Positions 13,650 to 22,105 of a stretch of DNA of 64,000 bases are shown one piece after another. This DNA comes from Escherichia coli. Lineage in GTDB: Bacteria > Pseudomonadota > Gammaproteobacteria > Enterobacterales > Enterobacteriaceae. A program made the translations under genes and the position numbers. The notes under the pieces were generated by a model. It saw only the letters and a program-made list of their open reading frames with translations, did no database searches and had not been told where the DNA came from. Location: the NCBI RefSeq assembly GCF_030013595.1, contig NZ_CP122768.1. One strand, 5' to 3'. Every line of letters begins with the position of its first letter. The stretch's first letter is position 1.

Positions 13650-14198
13650 ATGCAATTTAATATCCCTACGTTGCTTACACTGTTCCGTGTCATCCTTATC
13701 CCATTCTTTGTATTGGTCTTTTATCTGCCTGTCACCTGGTCGCCGTTTGCCGCCGCGCTCATTTTCTGCGTCGCGGCGGTGACTGACTGGTTCGATGGTT
13801 TTCTGGCACGCCGCTGGAACCAGAGTACCCGGTTTGGTGCTTTCCTTGACCCTGTAGCAGATAAAGTTCTCGTGGCTATCGCCATGGTGCTGGTAACCGA
13901 GCATTATCACAGCTGGTGGGTGACCTTACCGGCAGCAACGATGATCGCCCGTGAAATTATTATTTCTGCGCTACGCGAATGGATGGCGGAGTTGGGTAAA
14001 CGCAGTAGCGTGGCTGTCTCCTGGATTGGGAAAGTGAAAACCACTGCCCAGATGGTGGCGCTGGCCTGGCTGCTGTGGCGTCCGAACATTTGGGTTGAGT
14101 ACGCCGGTATTGCACTTTTCTTTGTGGCTGCGGTACTGACTCTGTGGTCAATGTTGCAATATTTGAGCGCTGCGCGTGCAGATTTGCTTGATCAGTGA
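13650..14198 (+). CDS. pgsA: CDP-diacylglycerol--glycerol-3-phosphate 3-phosphatidyltransferase
   Basis: 182-aa membrane ORF with CDP-alcohol phosphatidyltransferase motif ([11 protein letters not shown]...G...DPVADK). Confidence 0.9.
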
Positions 14199-14248
14199 TC
14201 GTTTCGGCGCAATTTTCAGCAAACGATCAAAAGTGGTGAAAAATATCG

Positions 14249-14276
14249 TTGACTCATCGCGCCAGGTAAGTAGAAT
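14249..14276 (+). promoter_or_regulatory. Sigma-70 promoter of the glyW-cysT-leuZ tRNA operon
   Basis: TTGACT - 16 bp - TAGAAT about 75 bp upstream of tRNA-Gly. Confidence 0.5.
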
Positions 14277-14349
14277 GCAACGCATCGAACGGCGGCACTG
14301 ATTGCCAGACGATAATAAAATCAAGTTATTAACTGATTGCTTGATGAAT

Positions 14350-14425
<76 letters not shown>

Positions 14426-14479
14426 GTTTAAAAGGCATCGGCGTCAAGCGGATGTCTGGCTGAAAGGCCTGAAGAATTT

Positions 14480-14553
14480 GGCGCGTTAACAAAGCGGTTA
14501 TGTAGCGGATTGCAAATCCGTCTAGTCCGGTTCGACTCCGGAACGCGCCTCCA
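14480..14553 (+). tRNA. cysT: tRNA-Cys (GCA)
   Basis: GGCGCGTTAACAAAGCGGTTATGTAGCGGATTGCAAATCCGTCTAGTCCGGTTCGACTCCGGAACGCGCCTCCA read directly. Confidence 0.92.
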
Positions 14554-14565
14554 CTTTCTTCCCGA

Positions 14566-14652
14566 GCCCGGATGGTGGAATCGGTAGACACAAGGGATTT
14601 AAAATCCCTCGGCGTTCGCGCTGTGCGGGTTCAAGTCCCGCTCCGGGTACCA
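14566..14652 (+). tRNA. leuZ: tRNA-Leu (TAA), long-variable-arm type; 3' part lies inside prophage attL
   Basis: GCCCGGATGGTGGAATCGGTAGACACAAGGGATTTAAAATCCC...GGTTCAAGTCCCGCTCCGGGTACCA read directly. Confidence 0.92.
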
Positions 14653-14722
14653 TGGGAAAGATGAGAATAAAATCAAAGCAATAAGCAGTGTCGTGAAACC
14701 ACCTTCGGGTGGTTTTTTTGTG
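14597..14722. repeat. Prophage attL: 126-bp direct repeat (3' 56 nt of tRNA-Leu plus downstream terminator)
   Basis: Same 126 bp at 60374..60499 with one mismatch (gatgaga vs gataaga); flanks differ on both sides. Confidence 0.85.
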
Positions 14723-14782
14723 TCTTCTTTCTCATTTCCGAAGATGCGTCCGAAGATGATTTTTCTCTGGACGCATCATCAT

Positions 14783-15826
14783 TCATTTTCTCTGGCCACC
14801 AACTACGGGCACTACTTTAACTTTTCGGTCATATGCTGCTGTCTGTCGTGGGTTCTTATGCCCGGAAATTGCTTGCTTCTCTTCCAGGCTGCCTTCCAGA
14901 TCAGAGATACCTTTTGCTTTCAGATCATGAAATGTGAAGTCTATTTGCAGATGAGGATATTTTTCCTGTGCTGCCGCTTTGACATCACGCCAACGAGAGT
15001 TAAAACCATCACGGGTGTACTTGCCTCCGGTAGTTTGATGAATCACAAACAGGCTACTGATTCCCGGTTTTAATGGCAGAGAACGAGCCAGAGCTATCGC
15101 TTTCTGCAGACGAGGCGACCAGGCTTTGATTTGCTTAACGCCGGTTTTTCCCTGACGAATGTAGATCCCGGAATCGAACAGCTGGTCTTTCTGTAATGAA
15201 AGTACATCACTCTGTCTGGCCACACATAAGTAGGCAATCTCCATTGCCACGCGAACAACATCAGGAGACACTTCATAAACGGCCTGATATTCTTCATCCG
15301 TAATATAACGTTCGCGTGCTGTCTCTTTAAACTGCTTAACTCCCTGACAAGGATTCCTCTGGACATAACCTCGTTCATAACCCCAACGGAATACCCTGGA
15401 CATAAAGCTTTTTTCCCTATTTGCCTGAGTTCGGCTTGATAAACCGCGTTGATCCATATAGCGCCGAATATGTTCAGGTTTGATTTTATCCGGGTCGATC
15501 TTCCCGAAGACAGGCAGAACTTTTCCGGAATATTTTGTGTAGTCTTTCCTGGTTTCGACTGCCAAATCCATAAAATCAGGGGAGGTCATGAATTGTTCCG
15601 CGAGCGCCTGAAAAGTATTTCTTTCTTTTTCGTCACCGACCGCTTTTTCATATGCCAGCCATACGGCTGATCGTGGCGCATCCAATGCGCACAGGCGTAT
15701 CGCTTTGTTATCTTTATTCCTGAATTCGTAGGCCGCTTTGCCCTGGTAAACACGAGGCGGCATCCAGTTATCTGCTGGGTTCTTTCTCTTTCCGGCCATT
15801 AAATATTGCTCCAAAATCAGGTTCAT
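14783..15826 (-). CDS. int: Prophage tyrosine integrase
   Basis: 347-aa ORF next to attL/tRNA, opposite orientation; C-terminal region (...HDLKAKGISDLEG...SGHKNPRQTAAYDRK) resembles tyrosine-recombinase catalytic region. Confidence 0.85.
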   Translation of the reverse strand: MNLILEQYLMAGKRKNPADNWMPPRVYQGKAAYEFRNKDNKAIRLCALDAPRSAVWLAYEKAVGDEKERNTFQALAEQFMTSPDFMDLAVETRKDYTKYSGKVLPVFGKIDPDKIKPEHIRRYMDQRGLSSRTQANREKSFMSRVFRWGYERGYVQRNPCQGVKQFKETARERYITDEEYQAVYEVSPDVVRVAMEIAYLCVARQSDVLSLQKDQLFDSGIYIRQGKTGVKQIKAWSPRLQKAIALARSLPLKPGISSLFVIHQTTGGKYTRDGFNSRWRDVKAAAQEKYPHLQIDFTFHDLKAKGISDLEGSLEEKQAISGHKNPRQTAAYDRKVKVVPVVGGQRK

Positions 15827-16031
15827 CTTCTTTTCGCGTCGTCACCTCCTGTAAATTGCGAAATTTTATTGGGTTCAAGAAATGGCCCCAGGTTGTTTTT
15901 GGGTGCCCGTCAGCCCTTTCCATGAAGAAAATTCCAGCCCGGCGAAGAGCCTCACATTGCTTTGATTTAAGTGGGCTTCCCGTCAGCTCGACCATTTCTT
16001 CTCTGGTGATTATGTCGTGATCGCTTTTCAT
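15768..16031 (-). CDS. Putative excisionase / small DNA-binding protein
   Basis: 87-aa ORF immediately upstream of int and overlapping its start, as for lambdoid xis; no diagnostic motif. Confidence 0.35.
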   Translation of the reverse strand: MKSDHDIITREEMVELTGSPLKSKQCEALRRAGIFFMERADGHPKTTWGHFLNPIKFRNLQEVTTRKEDEPDFGAIFNGRKEKEPSR

Positions 16032-16240
16032 GGTCTTTCCTCATTATGTAGCTTATTGCGTCATCTGCCTTCTGGCAGGCACGGGCAATATCAGACTCGG
16101 TCAAAGTCTGTTTCCTGACGCTGGCCGACAGTCGGCCAATTTTGATATCAAATGCGGAGAGCAGAGTTGCTCCCGGTTGCCATCGCAGCATTGTGATCCT
16201 CCGGTTACTGGTGAAACGCAATGCTAGCGATGGTGAGTTT

Positions 16241-16423
16241 TTATTTCTGATTAGGCGTAATCAGTTCTGGTGGGGGGAATGCCGATTTCTCCCGCGTGAC
16301 CTTAATGTTTTCTGGCAGGTGTAGCCCAAGTTCGCAGCGACTCCGTGCTTCAATAATGCCATTGGTACCATCGGCAAGTACCAGGTGAACCGCGTCACCA
16401 CGCTTTAATGTGAGTTTAAGCAT
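16241..16423 (-). CDS. Small early protein with CsrA-like sequence pattern
   Basis: 60 aa MLKLTLKRGDAV...GLHLPENIKVTREK; gapless alignment to CsrA (MLILTRRVGETL...GVNAPKEVSVHREE) conserves M1 L2 L4 T5 G9 G33 P37 V42 R44 E45. Confidence 0.3.
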   Translation of the reverse strand: MLKLTLKRGDAVHLVLADGTNGIIEARSRCELGLHLPENIKVTREKSAFPPPELITPNQK

Positions 16424-16992
16424 TAGCGTACCCTCAGCGAACGTTCGCCGCGTTCCAGATGTGCGCCTGGTACCGGGTTTAATAACTCGGCTGGTGGTGT
16501 TTCTCCACGCGCCAGTATTTCGGCGGCAACCGCCTCCGCAGATTCAATCACTTCTTTAATGGCTCGCTTGTTTGGTGTAATAACCGTTTCTACATCAACA
16601 AGTGACACGCCTTCATACTCATCCGGGATCTTATCTTTGCTATCGATAATTACCCGGATAGCCCCCTGTGCATCAGTAAATGTGTTTTTTGCGGTTTTTA
16701 GTTTATCCAGGCCAGCAGCTTGCAGGCAGGCGAGCATATGCTTCCGAATTGCTTTTTCCTTGCCTTCAAAGGACGTCTTACGGGTAGCCAGGCGAGACAT
16801 TTCTTCAGCGCAGGTACTGGCATTGCCCTGTAAATTACGGCAGATGACCATCATGGCGTCCAGTTTGTCTCCCAGTTCTCCTTCCATACCTTCAAGCGTG
16901 TCGGCGATCATCTCTGGCGTCAGTTCGTCGGAGGTTTCTAACAGGTCAATCAGACTGGCATATTCTTTTGCAATAGCGATAGCAGTGCTCAT
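16423..16992 (-). CDS. Phage recombination-module protein (Gp157-like, tentative)
   Basis: 189-aa acidic ORF directly downstream of the annealing-protein gene; family from memory. Confidence 0.4.
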   Translation of the reverse strand: MSTAIAIAKEYASLIDLLETSDELTPEMIADTLEGMEGELGDKLDAMMVICRNLQGNASTCAEEMSRLATRKTSFEGKEKAIRKHMLACLQAAGLDKLKTAKNTFTDAQGAIRVIIDSKDKIPDEYEGVSLVDVETVITPNKRAIKEVIESAEAVAAEILARGETPPAELLNPVPGAHLERGERSLRVR

Positions 16993-19214
16993 GCTGTTTG
17001 CTCCTGTGCTGCGGTGAGGGCGGTGAGGCGTTCGGTTTTGATTTCATTCAAACGGCGCAGGCGCGAACCAAGATAAGTTGAATACTCCTTATCACCTTTG
17101 GATTCTGCGGCCTTGCGGTGAACTTCTACTTCCCGCGCAATAAGGCCATAGACTTTATTAACTTCATTGGGGGTTACGGCTGCAGCCAGTGTTTTGGCAA
17201 CACCTGAGAGTCGTTCATCCAGTTCTTCACGCAGTCGGGTAGCATCCTCTGCTTTCTCGCTTGCCTTCTTAATACTGTATTCTGTATTCAGCTCGGCGGT
17301 GTAGGCACTATCGTTATGCATATCCATATAAACATCTGCCGCAAATCCCAGATGAGATAGTGCTTTGACGGTGGCATCAGTAAGAGACTTTTTGGAGGCC
17401 TCTTTTTCCATTACCAGTGCCCCTTTGTTATTTTTTGATATGTAATCCGTGTGGCCATATGACGGAATAAATCCTTTCACTCCGTTCCAGATGTACCAGA
17501 GATCTATCCGGATGGTGTGTACTGACAGGCAGAACAGGGAACCGTCAGCATCCCTGACAGGTTTTTGTCCAATAATTTTCCCTGTCTGATCCTGTATAGG
17601 TTCAAGTAATGGCACACCGCGATCCACTCGCTCCTCCTTGATTTCAACTCCCCAACCAATGCCTTCCATTCCCAGCACTTCAGTCGCACGCATCAAAATA
17701 TATTGTGCGCGTATGGAGTGCAGTCCTGCACCGTAATCATTATGTGTGACATACGCAGGATCGGTCCGCTGAACGCGATTCCAGATAGCCAAATTTGCTT
17801 TGCTCTGGTCATCATTCATTGCTGACAGATAATGCTCCATGCGAATTGATGCAGTTTTTTCCTCGGCATGGGGCGGCTCAACCAGCGCGTCAACGTTCTG
17901 CACCAGGTCTTTTACCTGCTCGCTAAGTTTTTCTTGTGGAGGAGTCTCTTCTGCCGGGGTAATAGCTGCAGGTTCCCTCTGTGATACGGCGTTATTTTCA
18001 GGTACGTCATACACATGGCGAGGCGTGACAAACTGCTCACGCAACTGCTGCAAACTACGTTCTCCAGCATTTGCTGCTTCGCTTTTTTCGCCCTGATTTG
18101 AGGGTGTTTCTGACATCATTCCATCAATTGAGAATCGCCCGCCGCCGTGGTTGGTGACTTTTACATCATCCTTTGGTGCTGTTTCCTTTGGCTTCTCTTC
18201 AACAGCATTTGCATCACGCTGCCCGTTAGCTTGCAGCCAGTTGTCGATGTGACTGCGCAGGGATTGCGGGAAGTGGTACGTGTCTTTTGCGGGGGCGCTC
18301 TGAATAACACCGAATACTGATGCGCGGTCATAGGCAAGGATCTGATCCGTTGTGCGCAAGGCCATTGACCAGCGTTTAAAATCCTCCCGATCCTGGCTGA
18401 TTATTTCGTCTGCCGCTTTCAGGACGCTGGGGGTGATTTTTTCCGGGCCAACGGGTAACAGGGCGCAGGCAATTTCACGATCCAGTGTGGCGTGAGTCTG
18501 TTGGTAAGGACGTGCGGATGCTGTTTCTGGTTTTACCTCCGGCAGCATTTCATCGCGTTTACCGGGATTCTCTACCCATTTTTTTATAAATTTGGAGATA
18601 GTCCAACTGGTCGGGTTTTGTTCCTGGGTATCGCAACTTGCCAAAATTGCATGTACCAGATTATTCAATCCAGCAATATGCATGTACTCGATGGGCTTAC
18701 ACGCCACCATGGCATCAAGAACGATGCGGTTAAACGCGTCAACCTCATCCTCACTGTCAGTATCACTGTTGTCGAGCATCTCCAGGTATTCACGCGTCTG
18801 CGCAAGCAATTCACTGTCGACTTCGTTGGCGTCGTGGCTGAACAGCAGGACGGCGGCGAAGCGTTCACGAGCCGGCAGTTTCATCAGGTCGTTAACCTGT
18901 GCGATATCTGCTGAACCGCTATCTGAATCAGCGGGGGTGTTAACTACCCATTTTTCGCCATCAAAACTGTGTTCTGTGGCAAACGTCTCATCAAACTCAC
19001 CGACGCCAGGGCGCGGTTGGCCCGGGGCATCTTCCCAGATTTTAGGTTTGAAATAGTTGTCGCCGTGGTCAGGGTAGGCTTCCCACAATTTGCCGATGAT
19101 GATGTTCTCGGCAACTTTTTTGTTAGGGGCGTCGATGGCGATGGCCAGCGCCGGGATCGCGCCGTTTTTGAGCGCGCCTTTTTTCGCTTCTAACAAGCCG
19201 TTAAAGATGGTCAT
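16989..19214 (-). CDS. Large early protein with C-terminal Erf/Rad52-type single-strand annealing domain (tentative)
   Basis: 741-aa ORF, RBS GAGGAAAGACCA before ATG; C-terminal ...KEASKKSLTDATVKALSHLGFAADVY resembles the Erf signature; N-terminal ~450 aa acidic, unrecognised. Confidence 0.5.
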   Translation of the reverse strand: MTIFNGLLEAKKGALKNGAIPALAIAIDAPNKKVAENIIIGKLWEAYPDHGDNYFKPKIWEDAPGQPRPGVGEFDETFATEHSFDGEKWVVNTPADSDSGSADIAQVNDLMKLPARERFAAVLLFSHDANEVDSELLAQTREYLEMLDNSDTDSEDEVDAFNRIVLDAMVACKPIEYMHIAGLNNLVHAILASCDTQEQNPTSWTISKFIKKWVENPGKRDEMLPEVKPETASARPYQQTHATLDREIACALLPVGPEKITPSVLKAADEIISQDREDFKRWSMALRTTDQILAYDRASVFGVIQSAPAKDTYHFPQSLRSHIDNWLQANGQRDANAVEEKPKETAPKDDVKVTNHGGGRFSIDGMMSETPSNQGEKSEAANAGERSLQQLREQFVTPRHVYDVPENNAVSQREPAAITPAEETPPQEKLSEQVKDLVQNVDALVEPPHAEEKTASIRMEHYLSAMNDDQSKANLAIWNRVQRTDPAYVTHNDYGAGLHSIRAQYILMRATEVLGMEGIGWGVEIKEERVDRGVPLLEPIQDQTGKIIGQKPVRDADGSLFCLSVHTIRIDLWYIWNGVKGFIPSYGHTDYISKNNKGALVMEKEASKKSLTDATVKALSHLGFAADVYMDMHNDSAYTAELNTEYSIKKASEKAEDATRLREELDERLSGVAKTLAAAVTPNEVNKVYGLIAREVEVHRKAAESKGDKEYSTYLGSRLRRLNEIKTERLTALTAAQEQTA

Positions 19215-19244
19215 TGGTCTTTCCTCATTACAGGTCAGTGGTCT

Positions 19245-19565
19245 TTAGTAGGGGATTTCATCAGTATCTGGCGTGTATTCGATGCAAAGTAACTGCTGGA
19301 TTTTGTCATCGATAGCAGCAATACGCTGTTGGGCGTCGGCGACTGTTTTCTGTTTTTGCTCATACAGCTGCTCGACCTGCAAACCGATGATGTCGATTGG
19401 CTGGGGCTGGTTGACGGTAATTTCAATTTCGCGGCTTTCCAGAAGGATGTACCTGTCTGGAAAATTTTTTGACATATCAACAGTCGCAACAAGCAGCTTT
19501 TCGTGGCTGAAAGTTGAAGTTGCATAATTAATAAAGAGTGTTACTGGGATGGTGCGCGCTTCCAT
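19245..19565 (-). CDS. Hypothetical early-left operon protein
   Basis: 106-aa ORF with AAGGAG RBS; first gene after the ORF-poor leader. Confidence 0.45.
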   Translation of the reverse strand: MEARTIPVTLFINYATSTFSHEKLLVATVDMSKNFPDRYILLESREIEITVNQPQPIDIIGLQVEQLYEQKQKTVADAQQRIAAIDDKIQQLLCIEYTPDTDEIPY

Positions 19566-20416
19566 AGCGACTCCTTGGTGATGTATACTCGGGACCGATC
19601 AGCGAATATTGATCAGCTTCCATAGCGTCAGTGTCGTTGGTCTTTCCTCATCACAAGTTTGGTCACTTGTGATAAATCCGAATGGTTTGGTCGCCGTTCG
19701 GGGTAACTGGCCCGCCTTGTGCGGGTCTTTTGCTATCTAAAGGGTGCCGGTTACGTTTCCGGCGTCGTTATGTTTCCATCACGACCGTACGGGGCTGGTC
19801 TTTCCTGTTTTGAGCTGGTCAGGCTCATGGTCAACGCTGGTCAGGCGTGGTACTTCCTCCGGTCTTTCCCTGGTGTCACGCTGCGGGTTTGGCCTCTCCT
19901 GTTGGGGACTCAGGCACAGCGATAAAACCTGGCTGTGTGAAAAAATGGCCCATCGTGCGGACTGGGCAAAGGCTAAACACAGCAAATTGATGATGGGCGC
20001 CCGGAATCGAACCGGGTAACGGGCAGGGAGTTCCCGTTAAACACCTGTTCACCACAACCGGGAGCGCACTCCGCCATTTCAAAATTTAACGACAAAGCTC
20101 AAAGTTGAGTCGATGAAGTGCGCTCTCGTGTTGTAGCCAGGACTCTTCCCTGGTGGTCACACCGTATCGCCTTGATGGTGAATCAATCGCTCATACCTGG
20201 CTGTGGCTTGCACATTCCGGCTAGCTGCTATGGAGACAACGCGTTAAGGCTCCGCTTCCATCCAGACCGCTTCGACACATGTGCCATATGCCGGCGAAGT
20301 CTTTCCCTCTGTCATCGTGTTGGCGCCGACGCGCAAAATTTGATGCCGTCTTTCCGGCTGTCAGAACGTGTTTCTGAACAACTGCCGCTGGGTAAGCGTT
20401 GTTGATGAAAGTGACT

Positions 20417-20436
20417 TTACAATTTGTATTTGTAAT
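20417..20436. promoter_or_regulatory. Putative left operator (OL-like) palindrome
   Basis: ttacaatttgtatttgtaat with TTACAA / TTGTAA half-sites, same half-site as at 21010..21048 on the other side of the repressor gene. Confidence 0.4.
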
Positions 20437-20561
20437 GGTCAACGTATTTTTAAAAAATAATTTGTAGTTAGGGGCAAAAAAATATTCACTGTGTAAAGGT
20501 GTTTTTGTGTTAGGGGGAAAGTTGCATGCCAGCAGCGGCTGGCCTGGAAATTTGAACTGAA

Positions 20562-20975
20562 CTATTTTGTCTGGTTTTTGGCTTCAAGTAGTTCTTTTAG
20601 CAGTAGATCGAAGTGCTCTCTTTTTTCTTTTAGCTCATTGATTAATTTATTTTTTTCGCTCTCAGGCAGTCCTCTGAATAGTTGCAGTAGAGCCTGTTCT
20701 TGCGGGGTTAGTTCTTGATTGTAATTACCCGGGTGTAGCGTGGATTCATCCAAATATTCACCTTCATTCATGAAGAAAAAATGAACAGGGTATCCGGTCA
20801 CTTTTGCTAGCTTGTCTAATTTATCTTTTCTTGGAGTTACCCCATTACACCATGCCTGAACTGATTGAGCCGTAACCCCAATATGGCGAGCTAACTCAGA
20901 TTGAGACCAGCCTAAGTCTTTTAGAATCCGTTGTAGTCGGCTAGCAAAAGCCATGTTTTTCGTTTTTGTGTTCAT
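20562..20975 (-). CDS. Prophage repressor (CI/RacR-like, XRE-family HTH)
   Basis: HTH LGWSQSELARHIGVTAQSVQAWCNG; divergent from cro-like gene; exact start uncertain (track ORF extends to 20990 with TTG). Confidence 0.6.
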   Translation of the reverse strand: MNTKTKNMAFASRLQRILKDLGWSQSELARHIGVTAQSVQAWCNGVTPRKDKLDKLAKVTGYPVHFFFMNEGEYLDESTLHPGNYNQELTPQEQALLQLFRGLPESEKNKLINELKEKREHFDLLLKELLEAKNQTK

Positions 20976-21009
20976 ACCGTAAGGATACAAGGTTTAATTG
21001 TAGGGAGCA

Positions 21010-21048
21010 TTGCAAATATAATTTGTAATTACAGTTATGATTTGTAAT
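21010..21048. promoter_or_regulatory. Putative right operator region (OR-like) between repressor and cro-like gene
   Basis: ttgcaaatataatttgtaa palindrome plus a second atttgtaat half-site. Confidence 0.45.
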
Positions 21049-21073
21049 GATGGCGCGGACACAAGGAGTCCAT

Positions 21074-21304
21074 ATGGATAAACAACTGCAAGACAAAATT
21101 CTTTCCGTAATGAGTCAATCCGAGTTAGGGCGGCGATTAGGGAAAAAACCACAAACGGTAAGCCTCTGGTTCAAAGGAAGGGTTCCCGGTGAAGAGGTTT
21201 TGCGCACATCTGAAGCTCTTGAATGGCGCGTGACCCCCCATGATCTTAGACCGGATCTTTACCCAAACCCAGATGACAGCTTGCCTAAAACGAAAGCAGC
21301 TTAA
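21074..21304 (+). CDS. Cro/YdaS-like HTH regulator
   Basis: AAGGAG RBS before MDKQLQDKIL...; HTH SQSELGRRLGKKPQTVSLWFKG; divergent from repressor. Confidence 0.55.
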   Translation: MDKQLQDKILSVMSQSELGRRLGKKPQTVSLWFKGRVPGEEVLRTSEALEWRVTPHDLRPDLYPNPDDSLPKTKAA

Positions 21305-21362
21305 CTGTTGGTGAGCCCCAAATCTGATTAAGCGTAATCAATTTTTAGCGACAGGAGACGCT

Positions 21363-21839
21363 ATGGAAAACCAAGAGGAATTACAAAAAGAGATTTTGAC
21401 CTGGGCGGCAAGGGCAGGGCAGGAACTCGTCACGATTGAAATCTGCCGGGCCTGGTTCAGTCAGGGACGCAATGATGAGTTGAGACTACATGAATTTGAG
21501 GACGCGGACGGCAATGTGGACTGGAGAGCCATCAACAACAATCGGCAGAAAATCTTTCGCTGGTTACGTGGCGAGACAACGGCGGCGCGCCGAAAAACTC
21601 AGGTGCTGGCCAGTGTGATGAAAGCCGTGCTACCCGCAGAACGGCGGGCGCGTCTGGAGTCGCCGGGCGATCCCGTTTTGCTGGCAACGCTGGCGGCAAA
21701 AGAAGGGGTGGAAGCGATTAACGCTGTACATCTCCACTTCGCGCCAGAGATAACTATTCAGGAAATTGACGAAGCAATAGCGGCGCTGGTAGCGACGCGA
21801 GGGGCAGTGATAAGCACTGCGCAAGGCCATCATGCATGA
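21363..21839 (+). CDS. YdaT-like / CII-like early regulator
   Basis: 158 aa; ...NRQKIFRWLRGET... resembles Rac YdaT as I recall; position after cro. Confidence 0.45.
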   Translation: MENQEELQKEILTWAARAGQELVTIEICRAWFSQGRNDELRLHEFEDADGNVDWRAINNNRQKIFRWLRGETTAARRKTQVLASVMKAVLPAERRARLESPGDPVLLATLAAKEGVEAINAVHLHFAPEITIQEIDEAIAALVATRGAVISTAQGHHA

Positions 21840-21878
21840 GCGCCTGACCAGCGTTTAACTTATACCGAGGAAAGACCG

Positions 21879-22103
21879 ATGTTAAGACATATTGACCGCA
21901 TTACCTGGCGTAACGGCTGGCACCTGAATGGACGCCCGGCACATGTTGCAGAGATCCAACCTATTTTTGATGGGCGTATGGCTGCCGCGCTTTCGGTGTG
22001 GGAGCAGTATGAATCCAGGAAGGTCGAGTTGCGCGACAAAGGGCTGAGCAATGCGGACTATGAAGCCGGTTGTCGTCAGATAGCCGAAGCTCTGGAGATC
22101 TGA
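21879..22103 (+). CDS. Hypothetical early protein
   Basis: 74-aa ORF preceded by the recurring ACCGAGGAAAGACC leader motif. Confidence 0.4.
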   Translation: MLRHIDRITWRNGWHLNGRPAHVAEIQPIFDGRMAAALSVWEQYESRKVELRDKGLSNADYEAGCRQIAEALEI

Positions 22104-22105
22104 GT

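Noticed and set aside
15967-16221. 84-aa minus-strand ORF upstream of the xis-like gene
   Set aside because: Overlaps the xis-like ORF by 65 nt with no clear RBS; cannot tell a real small gene from a frame artefact, so not annotated.
20221-20442. 73-aa minus-strand ORF starting inside the OL-like operator
   Set aside because: Start codon lies within the operator palindrome, no RBS; not N-like (no Arg-rich motif).
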